Assembly (NCBI GenBank): GCA_938017975.1
Contig: CALIKQ010000005.1
Span: 29,429-93,428 of the forward strand
Source: an uncultured Pseudomonadales bacterium
GTDB taxonomy: Bacteria; Pseudomonadota; Gammaproteobacteria; Pseudomonadales; Azotimanducaceae
DNA length: 64,000 bases
Direction: 5' to 3'
Positions 47,660 through 55,902 of this stretch are shown piece after piece (position 1 is the stretch's first letter; each line of letters starts with the position of its first letter). Under the pieces are notes generated by a model that ran no database searches, was not told the origin of the DNA, and saw only the letters and a program-made list of their open reading frames with translations. A program made the position numbers and the translations under genes.

Positions 47660-48865
47660 TTATTTTGTTTTAGGAAGTCCGAGTACGCGCTCGCCAAGAA
47701 TATTGCGCTGAATTTCACTGCTGCCTCCGGAAATGGTCCCCGTATAGGTATTCATGTAACCCAGTGGCCATTTACCGTTGGCCGGTGCGTGCTCGTCTCC
47801 AACGTAAAGGCTAGATTTAAGGCCTAAGATGCCTAGGGCAATTTGATGTAATGACTGGGAGATTTCACTACCAGCGACCTTACCTTGCAGGGGTATTCGC
47901 ATGGCGCCGCCATTAAGGGCCTTGATGCGTGATCGGCGGGCATTTTGAAGACTGGCTTCTGTTCTTTCGTACACTTTCAGAATACGGTCTCTCCAAACTG
48001 GATCATCCCAAACGCGTTGACCCCCTCGACGGGTGTCTTTGGCCAATTGAATTACCTGCTGCATAACGAGGGTTGGGGATTCGCTGGCAACCGCGCCTAC
48101 GCCAACACCCGCGCCGCGCTCGCTGGTCAAGGTGGCCATCGCCACCTTCCAGCCGTCACCAACGGCACCGACGCGCAGGTGATCACCAACAATGGCATCT
48201 TCGAGGAACACCTCATTGAACCCAGACTCCCCTGTCATCTTATGAATGGGTTTGACGGTGATACCGGGTTGGTCCATGGGTGCAAGGAAATAGGTTATGC
48301 CGCCGTACTTGTCTGTTTTGTCCTGTCGTGCCAGCAATAGCATGTATTGGGCAAAATGTCCGAGGCTCGTCCAGACTTTAGAACCATTAATCCGCCACTG
48401 ATCGCCTTCTTTGACAGCACTGGCCTGAAGTGACGCAAGATCGGAACCGGCACCAGGTTCACTGAAGCCTTGGCACCAGATGTGTTCGGCAGAAAAAATC
48501 GGCGGAAGAAATGTTCTTTTCTGATCTTCGGTGCCGCACTCAAGCAGCGTTGGTACCGCCATGCCTAGACCGATCCAATTGATGAAGTAGGGTACAGCCG
48601 CTTTTCGAACTTCGTTGCTAGCGATCTGCTGACAGCCAGTCATGCCGTGTCCACCATATTCTTTAGGAAGATCTGAGGCGATGAGTCCGGCCTCATAGCA
48701 TTTCGCTTGCCATTCCGACAAATAAGTCAGATGGCCCGGATTGGTGACCTCGTAGGCCGCCTGGGGCAGAGCAACGGGGTGCGGCTCTGGCTTGTTTTCC
48801 TGCAGCCATGCTTGGCAAAAAGTCTGGAACTCAGCTTGTTCCTGGGTCATTGTCTTCTCGCTCAT
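47660..48865 (-). CDS. Acyl-CoA dehydrogenase family protein
   Basis: It has ACAD middle and C-terminal motifs (GFSEPGAGSDLA, ISGGSSEIQRNILGE). Confidence 0.75.
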   Translation of the reverse strand: MSEKTMTQEQAEFQTFCQAWLQENKPEPHPVALPQAAYEVTNPGHLTYLSEWQAKCYEAGLIASDLPKEYGGHGMTGCQQIASNEVRKAAVPYFINWIGLGMAVPTLLECGTEDQKRTFLPPIFSAEHIWCQGFSEPGAGSDLASLQASAVKEGDQWRINGSKVWTSLGHFAQYMLLLARQDKTDKYGGITYFLAPMDQPGITVKPIHKMTGESGFNEVFLEDAIVGDHLRVGAVGDGWKVAMATLTSERGAGVGVGAVASESPTLVMQQVIQLAKDTRRGGQRVWDDPVWRDRILKVYERTEASLQNARRSRIKALNGGAMRIPLQGKVAGSEISQSLHQIALGILGLKSSLYVGDEHAPANGKWPLGYMNTYTGTISGGSSEIQRNILGERVLGLPKTK

Positions 48866-48936
48866 AACTTATATCCTTAATGTCTGGTCGAGGTTTAAAC
48901 GGAGGAGCAGATGATGGTCTGGCGTCCCTCGAGGGA

Positions 48937-49830
48937 TTATTTAGGTGATCGCTGATACATCTTTTGGATGCTTGAGAAATCAATTTGTCCGTGGCCCTGA
49001 TCACCATGGGCAACATAGAGACTTCTAGCCAGTGCGCCCATCGGGGTGCTGGTTGAGGTATCTAAAGCTGAGGCTAGTGCTAATCCTAGGTCTTTAATCA
49101 TTAGATCAACAAGAAAACCGCCTTCATACTCGTTGCTAGCGGGCACGCCCGGCATTACTCCAGGATACGGATTATAAACTTCAAGGGCCCAATTGCCGCC
49201 AGAACTTTTGCGCATGATTTCAGAAAGAACGGCGGGGTCCAGACCATTATTGACGCCGAGCTGAAGCGCTTCTGCGGTCCCGGTCATGAGCACTGACAGC
49301 AACATGTTGTTACAGACTTTGGCGACTTGGCCTGCGCCTGCTTGGCCGGCGTGAAAAATATTCTTGCCCATTGCCTCGAGTAATGGTCTGGCCCGATCAA
49401 GGGCTTCAGTCTCGCCTCCGACCATAAAAGTGAGCGTTCCTCCGACGGCGCCGCCAACACCTCCAGAAACTGGCGCATCAATCATCATAAGCCCCTTCTC
49501 GGAGGCGGCCGCCGCAACTTGACGAGCCGTCACAGGCGCAATAGTGCTTGAATCAATGATAAGGGTTGATGACCCAATATGCTCTAGAAGGCCGTCATGA
49601 CCTAGATAGACTGCCTCGACGTGACGCGAGGCAGGAAGCATTGAAATAACGACGTCGGCGTTGGCCACAGCGGCGGCTGCTGTCTCGGCGGGTCGACCGC
49701 CCTCTGCTTTCACTTTGTCAACCGAGTCAGCAACGAGATCAAAAATTTGGACCGTATGACCGGCCTTGACTAGGTTGATCGCCATGGGTCCACCCATATT
49801 ACCCAGTCCAATAAATCCGATGGTGCTCAT
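48937..49830 (-). CDS. mmsB: 3-hydroxyisobutyrate dehydrogenase
   Basis: It has IGFIGLGNMGGPMAINL and the beta-hydroxyacid dehydrogenase blocks (DAPVSGG, GAGQVAKVCNN). It sits in the context of HIBCH, crotonase and ACAD genes. Confidence 0.75.
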   Translation of the reverse strand: MSTIGFIGLGNMGGPMAINLVKAGHTVQIFDLVADSVDKVKAEGGRPAETAAAAVANADVVISMLPASRHVEAVYLGHDGLLEHIGSSTLIIDSSTIAPVTARQVAAAASEKGLMMIDAPVSGGVGGAVGGTLTFMVGGETEALDRARPLLEAMGKNIFHAGQAGAGQVAKVCNNMLLSVLMTGTAEALQLGVNNGLDPAVLSEIMRKSSGGNWALEVYNPYPGVMPGVPASNEYEGGFLVDLMIKDLGLALASALDTSTSTPMGALARSLYVAHGDQGHGQIDFSSIQKMYQRSPK

Positions 49831-49872
49831 ATCAACTCCTTAAAAGTTCGATCTTTAGAAAAAAAGGACATC

Positions 49873-50985
49873 TCATGCGAGATCAGCCAAAGGATGCTGC
49901 TGCCAGTGATCGGCGAAATGAGATTCGACCACCGCGTCGGGAACTGCGCCCAGTGTGTGCTGCCATTTGGGGTTCCCGTCCTTCTCGATGAGCAGCGCCC
50001 GAACCCCCTCGCTGAATTCCCCTTGTCGACTGCAGGCGACGGCAATATTGAGTTCCATTTGGAACATGGATTTGAGATCCATCGTTTTGGCGCGCTCGAA
50101 TTGCTCGATGATAATGGCCGCTGTGGTTGGCGAGCCTCCTAAAAAGCTTTTACTGGCCCGATTAAGCCAAGGTTCGTCAGGCCAGAGAGCGGTTTGCTCG
50201 CTGAAGGTTAAAATGGGGTTGCTGCTTTTAAGGGTCATCTCAAGCGCTTCCCGAAGCAGATCTTCGTTTGCTCGAATTTGAGAGGCGGGAAATGCATCCT
50301 CAGGCGACTGGAAGTCCTCTGCCAGTCCTGCAAGGTCAGACGGGGCCGATGCGTGCGAAGGAAGGTTCGAGAGACCCTTGATGAAGCAGTCTTTCTGACT
50401 GTGGAGAATTAGTGTGTCAAGAAGACCAATATACTTCGCGTCCTCCCCATTAATATTTGCGCCAGTCAGTGCCAAAAAGTGGGCCCAAACGGGATCAATC
50501 TTGCTGAAGGAGTAGGTGGCGCCAGCATCAGGGAACAGGCCGATTGTGATTTCAGGCATTGCCATTCGAGTGGTTTCGGTGCCAATTCTAAGTTGGCAGG
50601 CTGAAAAAATGCCGAGGCCACCGCCCATGATGATGCCGTGCCCCCAGGCAATCGTGGGCTTAGGATACCGGCGAAGGTCATAGTCCAGCCGATATTCTCG
50701 CTCGAAAAAGTGCTCGCAATAGGTGCATGGCCCTCCTGGCGTCTTGACCATATCATGATAAAGATTTTGGATGTCGCCGCCAGCCGAAAAAGCTTTCTCG
50801 CCTGCAGCGTCAAAAAATATAGCGGTGATGCTCGAGTCATTGCGCCATTGGTCGAGCGCGATTTGAATCTGGTCGATCATCTCAAGACTCAAGCTATTCA
50901 GCGTTGCCTCGGAATTGAGGGTGATGCGTCCAAGTTTGACGCCGTTATCGATCTCCTCAACACGTGCAAGGACTGCCTCTGCCAT
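49873..50985 (-). CDS. 3-hydroxyisobutyryl-CoA hydrolase-type crotonase
   Basis: It has ITLNSEATLNSLSLEMI, AGEKAFSAGGDI and a long HIBCH-type C-terminal extension. The start at 50985 forms a TGATG overlap with the upstream crotonase stop. Confidence 0.7.
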   Translation of the reverse strand: MAEAVLARVEEIDNGVKLGRITLNSEATLNSLSLEMIDQIQIALDQWRNDSSITAIFFDAAGEKAFSAGGDIQNLYHDMVKTPGGPCTYCEHFFEREYRLDYDLRRYPKPTIAWGHGIIMGGGLGIFSACQLRIGTETTRMAMPEITIGLFPDAGATYSFSKIDPVWAHFLALTGANINGEDAKYIGLLDTLILHSQKDCFIKGLSNLPSHASAPSDLAGLAEDFQSPEDAFPASQIRANEDLLREALEMTLKSSNPILTFSEQTALWPDEPWLNRASKSFLGGSPTTAAIIIEQFERAKTMDLKSMFQMELNIAVACSRQGEFSEGVRALLIEKDGNPKWQHTLGAVPDAVVESHFADHWQQHPLADLA

Positions 50986-51761
50986 CAGGCGTTGCTCCAC
51001 TCAGGCGACCTCTTTTCAAGAAAGGCATTGACGCCTTCTTTTTGGTCTTTCGTTGAGAACAAATTCACAAAAGCTGTGCGCTCGTCATCGAAGGCGTCGG
51101 GCATGGATTTATGGCGGGCCGACATGATGAGTTTTTTACAGGCGGTGACGCTGGTTGGGCTCTGGTTGGACGTCATTGCAGCCAGCTGCATCGCCCGCTC
51201 TAGGCTTTCTCCTTGAGCAACCACTTCCTCGACCAGCCCGATCCTCTCGGCGGTTTTTGCATCGACCCGCTCGCCACACAAAATCATGCGCTTTGCCCAG
51301 CCTTCTCCCACGAGCCAGGGCAGGTGTTGGGTGCCCAAACCGCTGGGGAGTAGTCCAACTGTCGCTTCAGGGAGCGCCATGACCGCTTGTGCCTCAGCAA
51401 TTCTGATGTCGCATGACATTGCACATTCGAGGCCGCCACCCATGGCATAACCATTGATCGCGGCAACGGAAACCCCTCTAAAGTTTGTCAGCGCTTGAAA
51501 CGCTGCGTGGAAATGCCTTCCGATGATATCTGCATTCTGAGGGTCACCATCGGCAAACATTTTAAGGTCGGCGCCGGCAGAGAAAAACTTTTCTCCTGCG
51601 CCTGTAATGACCAGGCTGTAACAATCGGGATTGGCATTGAGTTCACCGATCAGCTGCTCTAGCGCTTGTAGATTGTCGCTGTCCCAAGTGTTTGCAGCCG
51701 GATTGTCGATGGTGATCAACGCGGTGTTGTCGTGCATTTCGAATTTTAGTTTGTCGGTCAT
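50985..51761 (-). CDS. Enoyl-CoA hydratase (crotonase)
   Basis: It has ALITIDNPAANTW, GAGEKFFSAGADL and AMGGGLECAM. Length is 258 aa. Confidence 0.8.
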   Translation of the reverse strand: MTDKLKFEMHDNTALITIDNPAANTWDSDNLQALEQLIGELNANPDCYSLVITGAGEKFFSAGADLKMFADGDPQNADIIGRHFHAAFQALTNFRGVSVAAINGYAMGGGLECAMSCDIRIAEAQAVMALPEATVGLLPSGLGTQHLPWLVGEGWAKRMILCGERVDAKTAERIGLVEEVVAQGESLERAMQLAAMTSNQSPTSVTACKKLIMSARHKSMPDAFDDERTAFVNLFSTKDQKEGVNAFLEKRSPEWSNA

Positions 51762-51770
51762 TCTGACTCC

Positions 51771-52931
51771 TTAAGTGATGGCTTCGAGGTCAGCCAGGGC
51801 TAATAATCTTCTTGCAACAATAACGCGCATGATTTCATTGGTCCCCTCGAGAATTTGATGGACACGATTGTCTCGAATATAACGTTCAAGGGGATACTCT
51901 CGCATGTAGCCATATCCGCCATGGAGTTGCAGGGCCTCATTGCAAATATGAAAGCCTGCATCGGTCGCAAAGCGTTTCGCCATGGCCGCATAAACGGTCG
52001 CCTCGGGATCGAGGGAATCCACCTTGAACGCTGCGAGTCGAATCATTTGCCTGGCAGCAACGAGTTCGGTTGCCATGTCGGCTAACTTAAACTGAAGCGC
52101 TTGAAAGTTAGCCAAGGCCTCGCCAAATTGTTCACGCTCCTGCAAATAGGTTTTTGATCGATTCAGTGCCGCTTGGGCGGTCCCAACAGAGCAAGTCGCA
52201 ATATTGATGCGGCCTCCGTCTAAACCCTTCATGGCGATCTTAAAACCGTCGCCTTCCTGACCGACCCGGTTCGACACGGGTACTCTAACGTCCTCGAAGG
52301 TAATCTCTCGAGTAGGCTGGCTGTTCCATCCCATTTTTTCTAGGTTACTGCCGTATTCAATGCCCGGTAAATCTGCCGGAATGGCAAGGCACGTGATGCC
52401 TTTAGGGCCTGCACCACCGGTTCTAACCATGGTGACAAGCGTGTCGGTCCCGCCAGCGCCAGAAATAAACATTTTGCCGCCGTTGACGACATAGTGATCC
52501 TCTTGGCGAACTGCTTGGGTTCTGATCGAGGCCGCATCAGAGCCAGCCCCGGGCTCTGTCAAACAGTAGCTGGCCAACTTTCGTCCTGCAATTAAGTCGG
52601 GGCAGAGCGCCTCTGAGAGCGCGGGGTCTCCAAACGTCGCGATCATCCAGGTGGCCATATTATGAATGGAAATGTAGGCGGTTGTAGAGGTACAGCCCAT
52701 GGCCAATTGCTCGAGAATGATGCTCGCATCGAGACGGGAAAGCCCCATTCCGCCGACATGTTCTGGGCAATACAGGCCGCAGAAACCCAGTTCTCCAGCG
52801 CGTGCAATCACGTCTTTGGGAAAAGTCTTGTGGCGGTCCCACTCTGATGCATTGGGTGCGAGCTCTCGATCAGAGAACTGGCGTGCAACCGCTTGAAAGG
52901 CGGCTTGGTCTTCGCTGAGATTATAGTCCAT
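51771..52931 (-). CDS. Acyl-CoA dehydrogenase, short/branched-chain (isobutyryl-CoA dehydrogenase-like)
   Basis: It has LTEPGAGSDA, QLHGGYGY and the catalytic-base context ILEGTNEIMR. Confidence 0.8.
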   Translation of the reverse strand: MDYNLSEDQAAFQAVARQFSDRELAPNASEWDRHKTFPKDVIARAGELGFCGLYCPEHVGGMGLSRLDASIILEQLAMGCTSTTAYISIHNMATWMIATFGDPALSEALCPDLIAGRKLASYCLTEPGAGSDAASIRTQAVRQEDHYVVNGGKMFISGAGGTDTLVTMVRTGGAGPKGITCLAIPADLPGIEYGSNLEKMGWNSQPTREITFEDVRVPVSNRVGQEGDGFKIAMKGLDGGRINIATCSVGTAQAALNRSKTYLQEREQFGEALANFQALQFKLADMATELVAARQMIRLAAFKVDSLDPEATVYAAMAKRFATDAGFHICNEALQLHGGYGYMREYPLERYIRDNRVHQILEGTNEIMRVIVARRLLALADLEAIT

Positions 52932-53198
52932 AAGGTGTTATCAAGTCGTTTATTTGGGCCTGATTCGAGACGTTAGAACGCCGACTCAAGCGATCGTTAG
53001 TTAAAAATCTGGTTAGTACATGAATAGGTTAAAGGAACGATGCGCGCGGCGGTTTGAGCCGCCCCCGAACCGGCGCGTCAGCGCTCAAGGCCATCAGTCG
53101 TGCCGCATTGCGCCCAGGGTTCATGATAGTCAAACCCATCCAAGATCGAAAGCGAGTGTGCCCAGCATGGTTTTTATTTTAAGTCGCATACAAGTCCC

Positions 53199-53909
53199 TC
53201 AGTGGTGCGCATTCTTTAGCAGATGCGCGGCTCCATGAACTTGCTGTATCGAAGCGTTTTCCCCAAAGAGACGTTGTTTCATCGTGCCATAGACCTTGCG
53301 GTTCTTGCCGAGATGCGCGAGAGCGCCTGCTTTTTCCATGGCTCGGTCCAGTAGATCGGGAAGATCGCAAGCAGCGCTGACGATGCCCGCCTGCTCGGCC
53401 TCCGGCCCTGTCCAGCGGCGGGCCAATTGCACAGTTTCAAAAAACACATTGGCAGGTAATTTGTGCTTGAAAAGCGCCAGTTCGGCATCCGGAATGATCA
53501 TGCCGATTTCCACCTCGTTCGCACATGCAAATCCCCGGTCAGAGCGCATCAGGCGTATATCGTGGCACAAAGCCATCATAAAACCTGCGCCAAAAGCATG
53601 ACCGTTGATGGCACAAATTGTTGGGACAGGGAGGGTGATTATCCTGCCCATCAAGGTCATAAATTCGGCGCCGAAGGCATCCCGGTCTCCGCCGCGGTGC
53701 GGGCCCTCGGATGCGCGCCATTCAAGGTCAAGGCCATTGGAGAAAAACTTTGGGTGGCTGCCCGTTGTAACCAGTGCGGCGGGTCCATCTGAGGCTTCGA
53801 CCTCATCGAGAGCATCGGCAACAGCGCGAACGAAAGATGTATTCCATCGATTCTCACCATCATCCAAGGTCAATACAAAAACGTCGTTTTCTCGGGTGAG
53901 TTGGATCAT
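53199..53909 (-). CDS. Enoyl-CoA hydratase/isomerase family protein
   Basis: It has the crotonase pattern (VFVLTLDDGENRWN, FFSNGLDL, INGHAFGAGFMMA). Confidence 0.7.
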   Translation of the reverse strand: MIQLTRENDVFVLTLDDGENRWNTSFVRAVADALDEVEASDGPAALVTTGSHPKFFSNGLDLEWRASEGPHRGGDRDAFGAEFMTLMGRIITLPVPTICAINGHAFGAGFMMALCHDIRLMRSDRGFACANEVEIGMIIPDAELALFKHKLPANVFFETVQLARRWTGPEAEQAGIVSAACDLPDLLDRAMEKAGALAHLGKNRKVYGTMKQRLFGENASIQQVHGAAHLLKNAHH

Positions 53910-54022
53910 TGTAAGCCTCTAGATGTCTTGGAGTCTGCAGTATGTCTGAAGTCAGAGTGGGTGCCAAGGTGCGACTCTTCGGGCAGGTTGGAATTCTAAG
54001 CGGGATGATTTATTTTTAAGCG

Positions 54023-54493
54023 ATGGAAGCGTTATTGGAATCAGATCTGCGAAATTGCTTTGGGGATGTAGAAGAGCTCGTCCTGCCCGACTTAGAAAAA
54101 GTGGTTTGGTCAAATCTAGACTTTCTGGGCTGGGTACATCCCTCGGGGCATCTCGGCTATATTGCAACGCGATCCCCAAAGGATGGTTGTCTGCGCGGTG
54201 TCGTTTTGCGCCGGCATGCGAGACCCTCTCGGCGCATTCGGCTTGAATTGTGCAGTTTGTGTCATCACGTGCACAGTGCGGGGGGCACCGCGATGTTTAC
54301 GATCACCGAGGCTGGCAGCCGTGGTCGGCGAATGATTTCAAATGTTGTGTGTGGTGATCTTTCCTGTAGTTTGAGAGTTCGTAATTTGATTAACCCCTCA
54401 AGTTTGATGCATGAAACGATGTATCTTGAGGCCAAAGTTTGGCGTATCCTGCAGCATCTGCATCGTTGGTTGACCCGAACAAAACATTTGTAA
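54023..54493 (+). CDS. FBP (FusB-like, elongation-factor-G-binding protein C-terminal treble-clef) domain protein
   Basis: It has LDFLGW, then C-S-L-C and later C-G-D-L-S-C-S-L-R-V-R. This matches the FBP_C zinc-finger pattern as I recall it from actinobacterial FBP-domain proteins of about 160 aa. Confidence 0.55.
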   Translation: MEALLESDLRNCFGDVEELVLPDLEKVVWSNLDFLGWVHPSGHLGYIATRSPKDGCLRGVVLRRHARPSRRIRLELCSLCHHVHSAGGTAMFTITEAGSRGRRMISNVVCGDLSCSLRVRNLINPSSLMHETMYLEAKVWRILQHLHRWLTRTKHL

Positions 54494-54596
54494 GTAGAAG
54501 CATTCGTTGAGCGTGCCTGCGCAGCTATAGGGCACCTCGGCTGATTTTAATCCCCTAGCCCGTGGGCGTAGATGGCGCTAGAAGCGGACACCGCAA

Positions 54597-55850
54597 TTGA
54601 TTTCTCATGTCTTAGTCAATTTGAAAGAGACGTTCAAGCCTGCCGGGCAGCTGTTTTATGGCTGGTATATCGTGGCGGCAGCGGGAGGTTTGCAAATGCT
54701 AGCAAGCCTTCTTTGGATGCAGTCCTATGGGGCTTATGTCGTCTTTCTCCAACAGGAATTCGGTTGGAGTAAAACCATTGTGGCAGGTGCTTTCGCGCTG
54801 ACTCGGATAGAAAGTGGAATACTGGGCCCGCTTCAAGGTTGGCTTGTTGATCGGTATGGACCACGAGTAATCCTTCGGATTGGGGTGGTCCTTTTTGGGC
54901 TTGGATTTATTGGATTTAGTCGAGTCGAAACGCTGCTTGAGTTTTATCTGTGTTTCGCTGTGATTGCTTTGGGCTCCAGTCTAGGCGGTTTCGCTACAGT
55001 TATGGTCTCGATTGTGAGTTGGTTTAATCGTCACAGAGCTAAGGCAGTTGCTTTTTCACAGATTGGTTATGCTCTAGGCGGTATGTGTGTGCCGTTGGTG
55101 GTGTTGGCGTTAGAGGCTTTTGGATGGCGTGTCACCGCGTTTTATTCCGGCGTTCTTGTAATATTGCTAGGGCTCCCGATGTCCCAAGCGGTTCGGCACC
55201 GTCCCGAGACTTATGGGGATGTCCCTGATGGGCGGATGCTGCCAAATCACAATTCGAGCGAGCCGATGCGTGCCGATATGACAGCGCAACAGGCGATGAA
55301 AACCCCCGCGTTTTGGTTAATCAGTTTTGGGCACGCAGCGGCCTTGTTGACCGTGTCGGCAGTCATGGTGCACTTGGTGCCACATTTAACAGAGGGCCTG
55401 AATTTTTCATTGGGTCATGCTGCGTTGATGGTCACCTTGGTGACCGCCTGTCAGCTGGTGGGCCAACTGCTCGGAGGTGTGCTGGGCGATCGATTTGATA
55501 AACGTTTGATTTGTGTGCTTTGTATGATTGCCCATACTGGAGCATTGTTGCTGCTGGCCTTCGCATCGAGTCAAGTGGATGTGGTGATGTTTGCGGTGCT
55601 TCATGGTTTGGCGTGGGGCATCCGTGGCCCTTTGATGGTGGCGCTTCGAGCAGATTATTTCGGCGCTGCCTCGTTCGGCACAATCATGGGCTTTTCATCG
55701 CTTATCGTGATGCTCGGCATGTCTTTCGGTCCTTTGGTGGCAGGCTTGTTTGCCGATTATTATGGAAACTATCAGCTCGGGTTGACGGTTCTAGCGTTAA
55801 CGGCGTTTTTGGGCTGTTTTTGCTTCATGGGAGCGCGCCGGCCAGCGTAG
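54597..55850 (+). CDS. MFS transporter
   Basis: It has about 12 hydrophobic segments. The N-terminus FYGWYIV and loop motif G.L.DR.G.R are MFS-like. The start is uncertain: TTG 54597 is used here, and a later TTG at 54621 is possible. Confidence 0.7.
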   Translation: MISHVLVNLKETFKPAGQLFYGWYIVAAAGGLQMLASLLWMQSYGAYVVFLQQEFGWSKTIVAGAFALTRIESGILGPLQGWLVDRYGPRVILRIGVVLFGLGFIGFSRVETLLEFYLCFAVIALGSSLGGFATVMVSIVSWFNRHRAKAVAFSQIGYALGGMCVPLVVLALEAFGWRVTAFYSGVLVILLGLPMSQAVRHRPETYGDVPDGRMLPNHNSSEPMRADMTAQQAMKTPAFWLISFGHAAALLTVSAVMVHLVPHLTEGLNFSLGHAALMVTLVTACQLVGQLLGGVLGDRFDKRLICVLCMIAHTGALLLLAFASSQVDVVMFAVLHGLAWGIRGPLMVALRADYFGAASFGTIMGFSSLIVMLGMSFGPLVAGLFADYYGNYQLGLTVLALTAFLGCFCFMGARRPA

Positions 55851-55902
55851 TGATCGAACAATCGCTTCGATCATAGATTTGCGGCATGTCGTCGCAAAAA
55901 TT

